The notes beneath the pieces were generated by a model. That model worked only from the letters and a program-made list of their open reading frames with translations. It did not search any database and was not told the DNA's origin. DNA of 14,424 bases from the NCBI GenBank assembly GCA_963788655.1, contig CAWBHS010000005.1, forward strand, positions 1 to 14,424. The letters are read 5' to 3'. The translations under genes were made by a program, and so were the position numbers. The DNA comes from an uncultured Verrucomicrobiae bacterium (GTDB lineage: Bacteria; Verrucomicrobiota; Verrucomicrobiia; Limisphaerales; JAFGQR01). Below are positions 1 to 8,435 of the stretch, piece after piece; within the stretch, counting starts at the first letter, position 1; every line of letters starts with the position of its first letter.

Positions 1-16
1 CCGATTGGAATGGGGC

Positions 17-435
17 ATGAAGTCCTTAACTGAACACCTCTGGTTTGAGGTGCCCAACCGGCGGGGTTTTGTGAATATTACGGGCACGGTCGAAGAGTCG
101 GTGCGCAAGAGCGGGGTGCAGGAAGGGCTCTGCCTCGTCAACGCCATGCACATTACCGCCTCGGTCTTTATCAATGACAACGAGGGCGGCTTCACCACGA
201 CTACGAAGTCTGGCTGGAAAAACTCGCCCCGCACGAACCGGTCAGTTAATACCAGCACAACCGCACGGGCGAAGATAATGCCGACGCCCACCTGAAACGA
301 CAGATCATGGGCCGCGAAGTGGTCGTGGCGATCACCAAGGGGAAACTCGATTTCGGTCCCTGGGAACAGATCTTCTACGGTGAGTTCGATGGCCACAGAC
401 GCAAGCGTGCCATCGTGAAGATCATTGGCGAGTAA
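17..435 (+). pseudogene. yjbQ: YjbQ/UPF0047 family protein (secondary thiamine-phosphate synthase family), disrupted in this sequence by a frameshift near 190 and an in-frame TAA at 247-249; true pseudogene or sequencing error
   Basis: ATG at 17 gives [22 protein letters not shown]...[17 protein letters not shown]. After a one-base shift near 190 it continues [80 protein letters not shown] (TAA 433-435). [17 protein letters not shown] and [16 protein letters not shown] are typical YjbQ motifs. Confidence 0.9.
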
Positions 436-451
436 GCAATCTCACCGGCGC

Positions 452-1851
452 TTATTTCACGATGCGCAACGCAATGTCCTCGGCGTAGGCGGGGGACGCC
501 AGGGTGTAGGTGCCGCCGTCGTGTTTGAGTTGCTCCCGCTTGTCGGTTTTGCCGATTTCGTATTGATCCATTCGACCCGATATGTTCCCGCCGGCAAAGC
601 AAGTTGCAGCTTCGCCTGGTGGCCGCCAAAAAGATACACCGCATATTGGTGGCCTCGTTCAACCAGTGCGCGTGCGTGGGCTTTGTCTGGGAAGCCGCCT
701 TTGATCACCGAATTGTCCGGCTTCATGCGAAGAAAAGTCGAAGTGGCGAATGAAGTCGGTCAGCACCTTCATTTGCTGGCGGAACGCGGGATTGCCCCCG
801 CCGGGTTGTGATTTGGGATAGACGAACGTGCCGTCCTCGTGGCCGGCCGTGAAGGAGTAGTCGAGATTGTTGTACAACCGCCGCCGGCCAGGATGAACTC
901 CCAGCCTTCCATCCGGTAGTGGTATCGTCGGTGCCTTTGAAGCCGGTTTCGTTGTCGCCAATCACTTTGTTCAGACCGTAATTCATCGCCACGGTATCCG
1001 GGGGCTGGCGTAATGGAAGTTGAAGATCGAAACGGCCGGATGCGGTTTGTCGACCTTGGCTTGCCGTTGGCGATGTTCTGTGAAATGAGGTGTCGAATGC
1101 GCAACTTCTTTTCGGTCGCCACGATCACGTCGGCGATGTGATGCTGCCAGTCGAGCGTCACGCCACCGAAATAGGGTTCGTTGCAGATCTCGTAATACAG
1201 GTTGTCGAAATCTTTCAGTTCGGTGACGATCTTGCGCACCATCGCCTCGTGAACGGCGAGCAGGCCGCCGTTCTTGTCGAGGGTATAAACATCGGTCCGC
1301 GCCACCTTCCCAACGCCGTTGATATTGTTCGCCGCGTTTTGCGGGCTGAGCCGCCACTGTTCCTCGCCATAGAACGGGCAAAACAAATTCATCTCGACCA
1401 CTACGCCATGTCGGCCGGCCTGGCTAACAAAGTCTTTGAGCCGTTTGAAGTACGCAGCGTCCCACCGGGTCAGGTCGAATTTGTTGCCGCCATTGGGATG
1501 GCCGGGGGTCTGGCTGCGCGCCCAGGGACAGATAAAGCGTCCGCGCGCCGAGGCCAGCGTGTTGCGCGCGATCTTGAACGCCCCCTGCGGTTCGACGTAG
1601 GCGCCGCTGAACGTGCGGGTCAGGTTGAGATGATCCTTTTGGAGCGTCGCCAGGTACTTGGCGTAATCGAAATCCAGATTCAACACCGCGCCATAATGTT
1701 CGCCGGAAGTGATCAGCACGGTCGGCTTGCCGCGGAACAGAAAGTAGTGGGGATTGTCCGGATGCAGGGAGAGAGGTTGGGCCGCGAAACCAACCGCGAC
1801 GGCACACCACGTCCAAACGAAAATCAGGAAGCGAATCAGACGTTTGTTCAT
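452..1851 (-). CDS. Secreted clan GH-A (GH5/cellulase-like) glycoside hydrolase, ~467 aa after repairing six frameshifts, with a short C-terminal beta-rich domain
   Basis: Signal peptide MNKRLIRFLIFVWTWCAVAVGFAA; LHPDNPHYFLFRGKPTVL; KFDLTRWDAAYFKRLKDFV; acid/base motif YYEICNEP (NEP at 1174-1182); FNFHY; candidate nucleophile in DNETG (E at 948-950). The frame can be followed across shifts near 1061, 1002, 921, 878, 734 and 554 to ...YTLASPAYAEDIALRIVK* (TAA 452-454) with no internal stops. Confidence 0.75.
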
Positions 1852-1924
1852 GACGGTCTTTTGCCAGATGGGAGCTTCTCTGTAAAGGCAGGAGGAACAA
1901 GGGATGGTGGAAAAAAAGCGAGGA

Positions 1925-1956
1925 GTTAAAGCGTTGAAGGGTTAAAGAGTTGAAGC
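1925..1956. repeat. Four tandem 8-bp units GTTRAAGN
   Basis: gttaaagc|gttgaagg|gttaaaga|gttgaagc read directly at 1925-1956. Confidence 0.8.
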
Positions 1957-2016
1957 GCCAACTCCAAAACAGAAGCGGCCGGCAGTTACTTAACGTATCT
2001 CTGCAATTGGGTTGGG

Positions 2017-2038
2017 GGAGCGCGCCCGCCTCGGGCGC
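2017..2038 (+). repeat. GGAG-type REP-like palindrome
   Basis: GGAG-C followed by a perfect 7-bp stem gcgcccg (2022-2028), 3-nt loop cct, and cgggcgc (2032-2038); matches the GTAG/GGAG-tetranucleotide-plus-hairpin layout of REPs. Only one copy in this window. Confidence 0.55.
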
Positions 2039-2245
2039 CGCCAGCATGGTGGCCGATCCCAAAACGGATCCCGGCACTGTGATCTTGTTTGATGCCGAAG
2101 GCAATGTGCTGGCTGAACCTCTCGATAGCCTGCTCGGGGAAATCGGTTGAGGCGTGTTTTTGCTGTAGATCTAATTTCAACTGCGTCTGCTTCTTCGCAG
2201 CCGTCAGTGTCCGCTCGTGTGCGGTCTATTTCGCGGCGAGCAAAA

Positions 2246-3472
2246 CTATCGCCGATTCGCCTTCCCCTCATAGCGCCGAAGTGTCTGCTCAAATTCGGCC
2301 TTCTGCCCCGGTTCCTCGCAACGCGCGATCGCTTTCTTCTCTTGCGCGATCGCTTCGGTCGCCTTCCCGCTGTCGAACAGCGCGCGGGCATACGTATCCA
2401 GTACGCTTGGATCCTTGCCGTTGCAGGCCTTGAGCGCGGTTTGCGCCAGCTTCAACGCCAGGTCGAAGTTCCGAGTCTTGATCCTGTCGTCATCCAAAAG
2501 CGTCCAGGCCATTTCATTCAGCATCTCGGCGTTGGTGGACGGGATGGCTTCGAGCTTCTTCGCGAGTTCCTCGACTTGCTCGGGCGTGGCTTTGCCGGTG
2601 ACTGCACGGTAGTACGCCTGGAATGTGCGCTGGAGTTGGAACTGCCCCTTGAAGCCCGCAAAATCGAAATCGGCGGGCGCCAGCGGCCGGGCTTTTTGTT
2701 CGAGCCGGTCGAGTTCGGCGTCCTCCTTGCCGCTCATCAGGGCGCGCTGGTAATCGCGCATCGCCACTTGGAAGCGGGCGCGTTGGCGCACCGAGGCGAG
2801 GTCCAGGGTCTTGCCGGGCTCAATGCCGCCGAGGGTCTTGTCCAAAGCGGCCAGTTCGCGGCCCAGCGGTTCGAGCGCGGCATCGTCGTCGCCGCCCACC
2901 GCCCGGGCGAAGTATTCGTCGAGCTGGCGCCGGGCGGCGTCGCGCCGCTTCTCGACGGTGAGGTCAAACGTGTTGGCCGTCATGCGTTCGAGCACCTGGT
3001 CCATCGCCTGCATGGGATGACCGTGCCAGGCAATGCGGCCCTCCTTATCGACAATGAAGGCGTGGGGAATGCCGTTGACGCCGTAAGCGCCCATGTAGGC
3101 GGCGAACGTGCGACGGTTGCGGTCCACTGCCACGGTGTAGTCCATCTGGTCACCCATATTGTCCGCGAACGGTTGTACCTTGGCGGGCGTCTCATCGCTC
3201 ACCCCGACAAAGACCACGCCCTTGTCCTTGAATTTCTTTTGCAGCTCAGTCAGGTGCGGGATGCTGACGCGGCATGGTCCGCACCAGGTGGCCCAGAATT
3301 CGACGACGACAATCTTCCGGCCTTTGGCGGCGGCCAGGTCCACGGCGTCGCCCTTGATCCAGGTGGCGATTTCGAGCGGAGCCGCAGGATCGCCAAGTTC
3401 GGCGGCGACAACGCCAGAATGAAGGGCCAACAGGAGGCTACATGCGATGAGAGAGAATGGCAGGATTTTCAT
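2246..3472 (-). CDS. Secreted TlpA/redoxin-family thiol-disulfide oxidoreductase with C-terminal helical/TPR region (408 aa)
   Basis: Signal peptide MKILPFSLIACSLLLALHSGVVAA; LGDPAAPL..WIKG; VVVEFWATWCGPC active site; cis-Pro loop GIPHAFIVDKEGRIAWHGHP; TPR-like C-terminus LNEMAWTLL...ALKLAQTA...LDTYARALFDSGKATEAIAQEKKAI. Intact ORF. Confidence 0.92.
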   Translation of the reverse strand: MKILPFSLIACSLLLALHSGVVAAELGDPAAPLEIATWIKGDAVDLAAAKGRKIVVVEFWATWCGPCRVSIPHLTELQKKFKDKGVVFVGVSDETPAKVQPFADNMGDQMDYTVAVDRNRRTFAAYMGAYGVNGIPHAFIVDKEGRIAWHGHPMQAMDQVLERMTANTFDLTVEKRRDAARRQLDEYFARAVGGDDDAALEPLGRELAALDKTLGGIEPGKTLDLASVRQRARFQVAMRDYQRALMSGKEDAELDRLEQKARPLAPADFDFAGFKGQFQLQRTFQAYYRAVTGKATPEQVEELAKKLEAIPSTNAEMLNEMAWTLLDDDRIKTRNFDLALKLAQTALKACNGKDPSVLDTYARALFDSGKATEAIAQEKKAIARCEEPGQKAEFEQTLRRYEGKANRR

Positions 3473-3492
3473 GGTGAGTTTTGGGTTCGGTA

Positions 3493-3545
3493 GGAAGACC
3501 TCCGGCTTTGCCGGAAGTGTTCCAGAGTTTGACAGTCCCGGGAAG
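3493..3545. mobile_element. Hairpin-bearing segment resembling an IS200/IS605-type element end (non-autonomous remnant)
   Basis: ggaagacc-tccggc-ttt-gccgga (stem 3501-3506/3510-3515) followed by gagtttgacagtcccgggaag. The hairpin is seen directly; the likeness to IS200/IS605 subterminal hairpins is from recall and unverified. No tnpA in the window. Confidence 0.3.
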
Positions 3546-3579
3546 ATCGACCGCCATGGAGCGGTTGGGGCCGGCGTTT

Positions 3580-3771
3580 CCCCTCACCCTGACCCTCTCC
3601 CCAAGGAGAGGGAACAGCTATCGAGCCGGCCTTGATCTTTGGGTGCGTCACTACTGTTGCCGCCTGGTTTGGGGTACGCGCATCGGCAGCGAAGCATGGA
3701 AGAGTAAACGCTGTCTCCAGTGGGCGACAAACGTGCTCCCTCTCCCCTAGCGAGAGGGCTGGGGTGAGGGG
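3580..3771. repeat. Inverted pair of BoxC/REP-like CCCTCACCC..CCCTCTCC..GGAGAGGG repeats (REPIN-like doublet)
   Basis: Copy 1 at 3580-3613 (cccctcaccctgaccctctccccaaggagaggga; 8-bp stem 3593-3600/3605-3612). Copy 2 at 3737-3771 in the opposite orientation (reverse complement cccctcaccccagccctctcgctaggggagaggga; 7-bp stem 3738-3744/3752-3758). Spacer 123 bp. Confidence 0.85.
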
Positions 3772-3887
3772 GAGGTTGGCGTCCGCAATTCGATAACCCC
3801 ACGATTCACACCGGTGCCGACTTGGCCGGAGGTTGCTGACTTCCCTTGGGTGTTTGTTCGTGTGCATTCGTACTTGAGTAGTCACGC

Positions 3888-6800
3888 CTAGCTCACGGTT
3901 TGCAGCCACTTGCGGGCCACGGATTCAAGGTCGGGAGCCCCGGCGGACGGCCGGTTGCTGAAGAAGGCCGATTCGATGTCATGGATCTGGGCCTGCAGCG
4001 CCTCCCGCTTCCCCGGGTCCAGCTTAGGAGCATGATCCCGCTGAATGCGCCGCAGGAAGGCCACCACGGAGAACGGCGTAACCTGCGTCGGCAGCGCCAG
4101 GAATTCGGCGTCCGAAGTTTCGCGGCGGCGCCGGCGGCGGAAGAATGCGTAAGCCGCGACGCCCAAGGCCAACAGCACCAGCCCAAGGGCAACGTCGCGA
4201 AGCACGCTACGCACATGGCCCGAGAGGGGCACGCCCGCCAATGCTTGCTGGCTGTCCACCGCCACCAGGTCGGCGTCCTGGTAGTGTTTGTATTCCACCG
4301 TCTCGGGCTTGAAGCCGGGGCGCAACGCCGGGAAGTGAAACATCACATCGCCGCGCAGGTCTTTCTTCCGATGATAGGTGAATTGCCAGCCGCGGTCGGC
4401 TTGCACGGTTTTCTGGTGTCCGTCACTGACCAGTTGCGCCACCGAAAGCCCGTTGTCGGTCACTTCCACGTCGAAGCCGGGTTGCTTGAAATCGAACAAC
4501 TCGAGATGCGACGGGATGACCCCGTGGGCCTTGGCGCTGACCTCGACGACGACCCGTCCATCGCGCCATTCGCGCTCGTCCATGACGAACGTCAGGGCCA
4601 GCCCGTCGCAGGGGCGCGGCGGTGCGTTGGTGTCGCGGGCATCCACGGGCTGCACCTGTGAACGCACCGGCAGCACGACTTGTCCGGAGGTATCGGCAAA
4701 ATCCATGTCGAGCTGGATCGAGGGAACGCGGTCCACCGCGGCGTCCTTCGCCCGCAGCACGGCGTAGGCAAGCGGCGTCTCTTGCCAGCCTTCCCGGGGC
4801 AGATCAATCACCGGCACAGACGGATCATGGAACGTGAGCGAAAGCACTTCGAAGGTTTCATCCAGCGCCGCATGGATGTTCTTGCTGAACTCGTCCCGGT
4901 AGTTGATGGGTTTCTGCCCGGGGGCAATGTAAGTGTAACCCGTTCGTTGCGACGCCATGTTTTGCAGATACTTGCTGAACCCACCACTTTCGCGGCCAAG
5001 TTGGCGGGTGTGTTCGAGGCTGATAAACACGCCGAAGGGCTGACGGTTGCCCACTCGCGTCGGACCATCCACTGTGAGGCGCAACTGCACTTCGTCCAGC
5101 AGTTCCTGGTAATTGTTCAACGCCTCGACGGCGGTTTGCGCGCTGGGATGTTTTGCCCCCACCACTTGCAATCCCGCGCTGAGGAACCGTTGGCGCATGT
5201 TCGCCGGCACCTGGGAAAGCAGGTCGCCCAGCATCTTGCCGAACATGTTCAAATGCCCTTCCGCCGCTTCGCCCGGCAGCGCGCGCATCGCGTCGCCGAT
5301 CTGTTGGAGCCCGGGGTCCGAACGCGCGGCGGCGCGGGTGAGTTGCGACAGGTCGCTGGCGCCGAGCATGACGAAGAACCACATCTGGTACGGCTCCATC
5401 GTCCACTGGCCGCGCGGCATTTCCGGCAGCTTCGCCGCGTAAATCTTGGCGGCCTGTTGGTAACTCTTGAAGGCTTCGTCGCGCAGGCTGATGTAGTCCA
5501 CCAGCTTGATCTGCCGGGCAAATTCGTATTCCGCCGCGTCGAAGAAAAGCTGGCCGCGCACGATGAACTCTTTCCACGCCGCGTCCTCCGGGCGCAGTCC
5601 CCGGCGGACCAGTCCGAGGGCAGTGCGGTAGCCGCGCGAGACTTCATCCTTGGTCTCCTCCTCGGTGCGGTTGGTGCTGGCCGCCTGCTGTTCCTTGGGA
5701 TCCTGCCATTGCTCGCGTAGCTTGATCCGCATCCCGGTCACCAGGTCCATCAATTCGGCGCGGTTCATCTGATTCCGGCGGGCCGAAGATGGATGCAATA
5801 TCGTCGAGGCGGTACACCTCCGCGCCGCTGTGGATGTTCATGAAGCTCTGCACCACCAACTCCGGGTCCAGCGGCTCCGGCGACAATGCGCGCAAGTTCG
5901 TCAGCAGCGACTTGAGTTCCTTGACGTTCTCATTCTGGCGCAGCCGCGTGAGCGGGATGCCCGAGGCGCGGCGGCCGGGTGATGTTGTAGCCCAGGGCCC
6001 GCATGCGCACGACGTTGGGATCTTCGGCGGGAACGGTCCGTTCACGCACCCAGGCGCCGAGATACTCCTCGCACAGCTCCTGTTCCTGGCCGGGATGCTC
6101 CTTCAGATACGTTTTTAGCGTGTCCGTCGTCATCGGTTCCTTCGGATCGAGCAGTTGGAGCTTCAGCACCGTCAGGTTGACGCGCTGGGCCAGGCCGCGG
6201 TTCAGCCGGCGCAGGATCGAGCCGGACGGCGCGCGTTCGAGGACGGCTTCGGGCGCCAGCGTCTTGACGGTCGGGCGTGGGGTTCGGGACACCGGCAGAC
6301 GAATGAGCAGCATGGGATTATCCGGATCGACGGTGGTGTTGGCGGTCCCGGCGAACCGGTAGGTTTGTTCGGCTTCCGCCAGCCAGTTCAGCACCAGCAC
6401 GTTGATCGCTTCGGGCAGCGCGCTCTTCTTGCTTTGGAGCACTCGCAGCAGGACATGCTGCGTGGACAGGTTCTGCAGGCGCACGTCCAGGTCGCTGCCT
6501 TTCAACGCCTGTTGGCCGGCTTCGCCCAGCGCCAGAATGAGATCGACCATGATGTCGGGCTGGGTGAGAAAGTTCTCGCGAATCAGTTGCTCCGCCGCGT
6601 CGGCTTCGAGGGCGGGCAGCAGTTTGATGAAGCGGTCGGTGGCTTGCTTGAACAGGCCGCGGTCGTTCGCGCTGAAACGGCTGGTCTGCATCAGGTAGGC
6701 ACACAGTTCGGCGGCGTGATGGAGTTGGCGCTCGTCCCGCTGCGCGACCCCGGTCTGGGTGTAGTATTCCACTGTCAGCACGAGCGTGAGGGTGTCCGCG

Positions 6801-7671
6801 CGGTCCCAGGCGTCCCGGAGCAACGGGAGGAAAGGCCCGGCGTCTTCGATCCAGCCCACCGCCGAAAGAAGCTGCGCCGCCAGCTTGCGTCCCGCCGGCG
6901 TCGAGCCCCCCAGACCTTTGAGGCCGGTCTTGAGCCGCCCGAGGAACTCCTGCCGCCCCCCTCGCCCAGGGCGACCTTCACCAGCGACGCCATACTGGGG
7001 AGCTGCGTCTCTGTCAGGTCCGCCGGCGCGGCGTCGATCACTGCGTAGAAATCTTCGCTCAAAAACAATGCGCGTTTGTCGTTGTCGGTGTTGGACGAAG
7101 TGGTCGTTCGCGTCACCCCCCCTGAAATCGTCCTGACCACGGTGTTGCGTGACGGGGCGGCTTGCTTGAAGAATTGGCCCGCCGACTGCGAGTTCTCGGC
7201 GAGCGACTGGAGCAGCCGGGTGTAAGCCTCCATGCCATCCGCTGACGGCAAGCCGCGCAACGCATTTGCCACCGTTTCCCAATCGCCCAGCAGCACCGCC
7301 AGCCGGAATTGTTCGGCTGCGGACAATTTCCCATTCGATTGCTGCGAGCGCGACACCTCGAGGAGCGCTTCCGGGGTGCGGTCAAATTTCATCGTGCGGA
7401 TCGTTCGAGCCAAATCCGAATTCGCCGGGGACGTCGCCGCTTCCGCATTGTCGCCGGACTTGGCTGGCTCGCTCGGAGGGGGAGGAACGGGCTGCGACTC
7501 CGGTGACTCGGACGTGCTGCTTATTTCGGTCACCTTTTTTGCCGGAACGATTCTTGGCGAGGCGGTGGAAACGTTGGTCGTATTCTGGGCGGGCGCGCCG
7601 GGCACCGCGACCAGCAGAGCAGTGATGATCCCGGCGGCGGACTTCCATCGGTTGAAATGTGTCAGGTTCAT
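3888..7671 (-). CDS. Large (~1260 aa) exported, C-terminally membrane-anchored protein, last gene of the MoxR/Bat-like operon (BatD position); three frameshifts
   Basis: ORFs 6775..7671, 5930..7282, 5644..6045 and 3888..5798 join in order at ~6958 (C6 run; VALGEG-GRQEFLGRL), ~5969 (YNITRPP-ASGIPLTRLRQ) and ~5772 (FGPPE-QMNRAEL). The net shift (-1,+1,+1) matches the span 3784 nt = 3x1261+1. N-terminal signal peptide, S/P/T-rich linker, helical middle, beta-rich C-terminal part, TM helix VALGLVLLALGVAAYAFF followed by RRRRRR and a short tail. Confidence 0.8.
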
Positions 7672-7691
7672 TTAAAAGTGTGGGTATAGAC

Positions 7692-8435
7692 TCATGAGCC
7701 TTGGCCTGCTGGAAACCGGCCTGCGCCGGCTCCGTTCGCCGGCGGGCCTTCGCTGTTCTCCCCAATCCCCGGCTGGTTGCCCCGACCCCGCTGGCCGCGA
7801 CGCCGGGCCATTTGCTCGGATAATCCCTGGCCGGACATCGCTTGTGCCTCGTCCGGCAACGGGCGGCCCATCAATTCGGTCAGGCTCATGCGTTGCAGAC
7901 GAACCGCCGTCTCGAGGTTCGTCTCTTGCAGTAATCCGGCATGCGCAGGGCCAGAGGAAAGGTCGTGTTCCGCCAGCAGACGGAAGTTCTGCCGCGCCAG
8001 TTCGGCTTCCTCCATCCAGAGCTCACGGCGCGCGCCTTCGAGGCGCATGACCCACGCCGCGTAGTAATGAATCCGACCGGCCAACTCGCGGGCCTCACGC
8101 TGGAGTTCCTCCGGCTGACTGAGAAACTGCGGATCGGCAATCAGGCGATCCGCCATGTCGATGGCATCGACGGCAATGCCCTGCCGATAGCGGGCGCGAA
8201 CAATCGCCAGGTCGAGTTGGCTCTTCAGCCGGCTGTCCGTGGGGCCAACCTTTTGCTCCGCCTCGCGGAAGAGGTTTTCGGCTTTTGCCCAATGGTTACT
8301 TGCCACCGCCGCTTGCGCTCGTTTGAGCAGCGTATGGGCCTGGTCGCGCGCCAGCCAACGTTGCCCCGGCCCGTAATGCCAGACTACGACCGGCAACGGC
8401 AACAACAGCCAGAGCAGTAACAGCCAGCGTTTCAT
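7692..8435 (-). CDS. N-terminally membrane-anchored TPR-like helical protein (BatC position), 247 aa
   Basis: ATG at 8435 overlaps the upstream TGA (ATGA) and has a GGAGG RBS. Hydrophobic MKRWLLLLWLLLPLPVVVW; TPR-like helices (WAKAENLFREAE, ARYRQGIAVDAID, AGRIHYYAAW); G/R/Q-rich C-terminal tail. Confidence 0.75.
   Translation of the reverse strand: MKRWLLLLWLLLPLPVVVWHYGPGQRWLARDQAHTLLKRAQAAVASNHWAKAENLFREAEQKVGPTDSRLKSQLDLAIVRARYRQGIAVDAIDMADRLIADPQFLSQPEELQREARELAGRIHYYAAWVMRLEGARRELWMEEAELARQNFRLLAEHDLSSGPAHAGLLQETNLETAVRLQRMSLTELMGRPLPDEAQAMSGQGLSEQMARRRGQRGRGNQPGIGENSEGPPANGAGAGRFPAGQGS

Noticed and set aside
1925..1956. CRISPR-like reading of the GTT..AAG repeats
   Set aside because: Units are 8 bp and contiguous, with no spacers and no cas genes in the window.
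2166..2238. Hammerhead-like words on the minus strand (GAAA...CUGACG...stem...GAAA)
   Set aside because: The core reads CUGACGG rather than CUGANGA, and no arrangement gives both a proper stem I and a stem III with a UH cleavage site.
3469..3909. ORFs across the TlpA-operon spacer (PLTPALSLGERE, PLTLTLSPRRG peptides)
   Set aside because: These peptides are translations of the BoxC/REP-like repeats, not genes.
5765..6965. Programmed frameshifting or phase variation in the giant gene
   Set aside because: No slippery heptamers, the longest run at a junction is only C6, and three independent shifts would be needed; assembly error is simpler given the other indels in the window.
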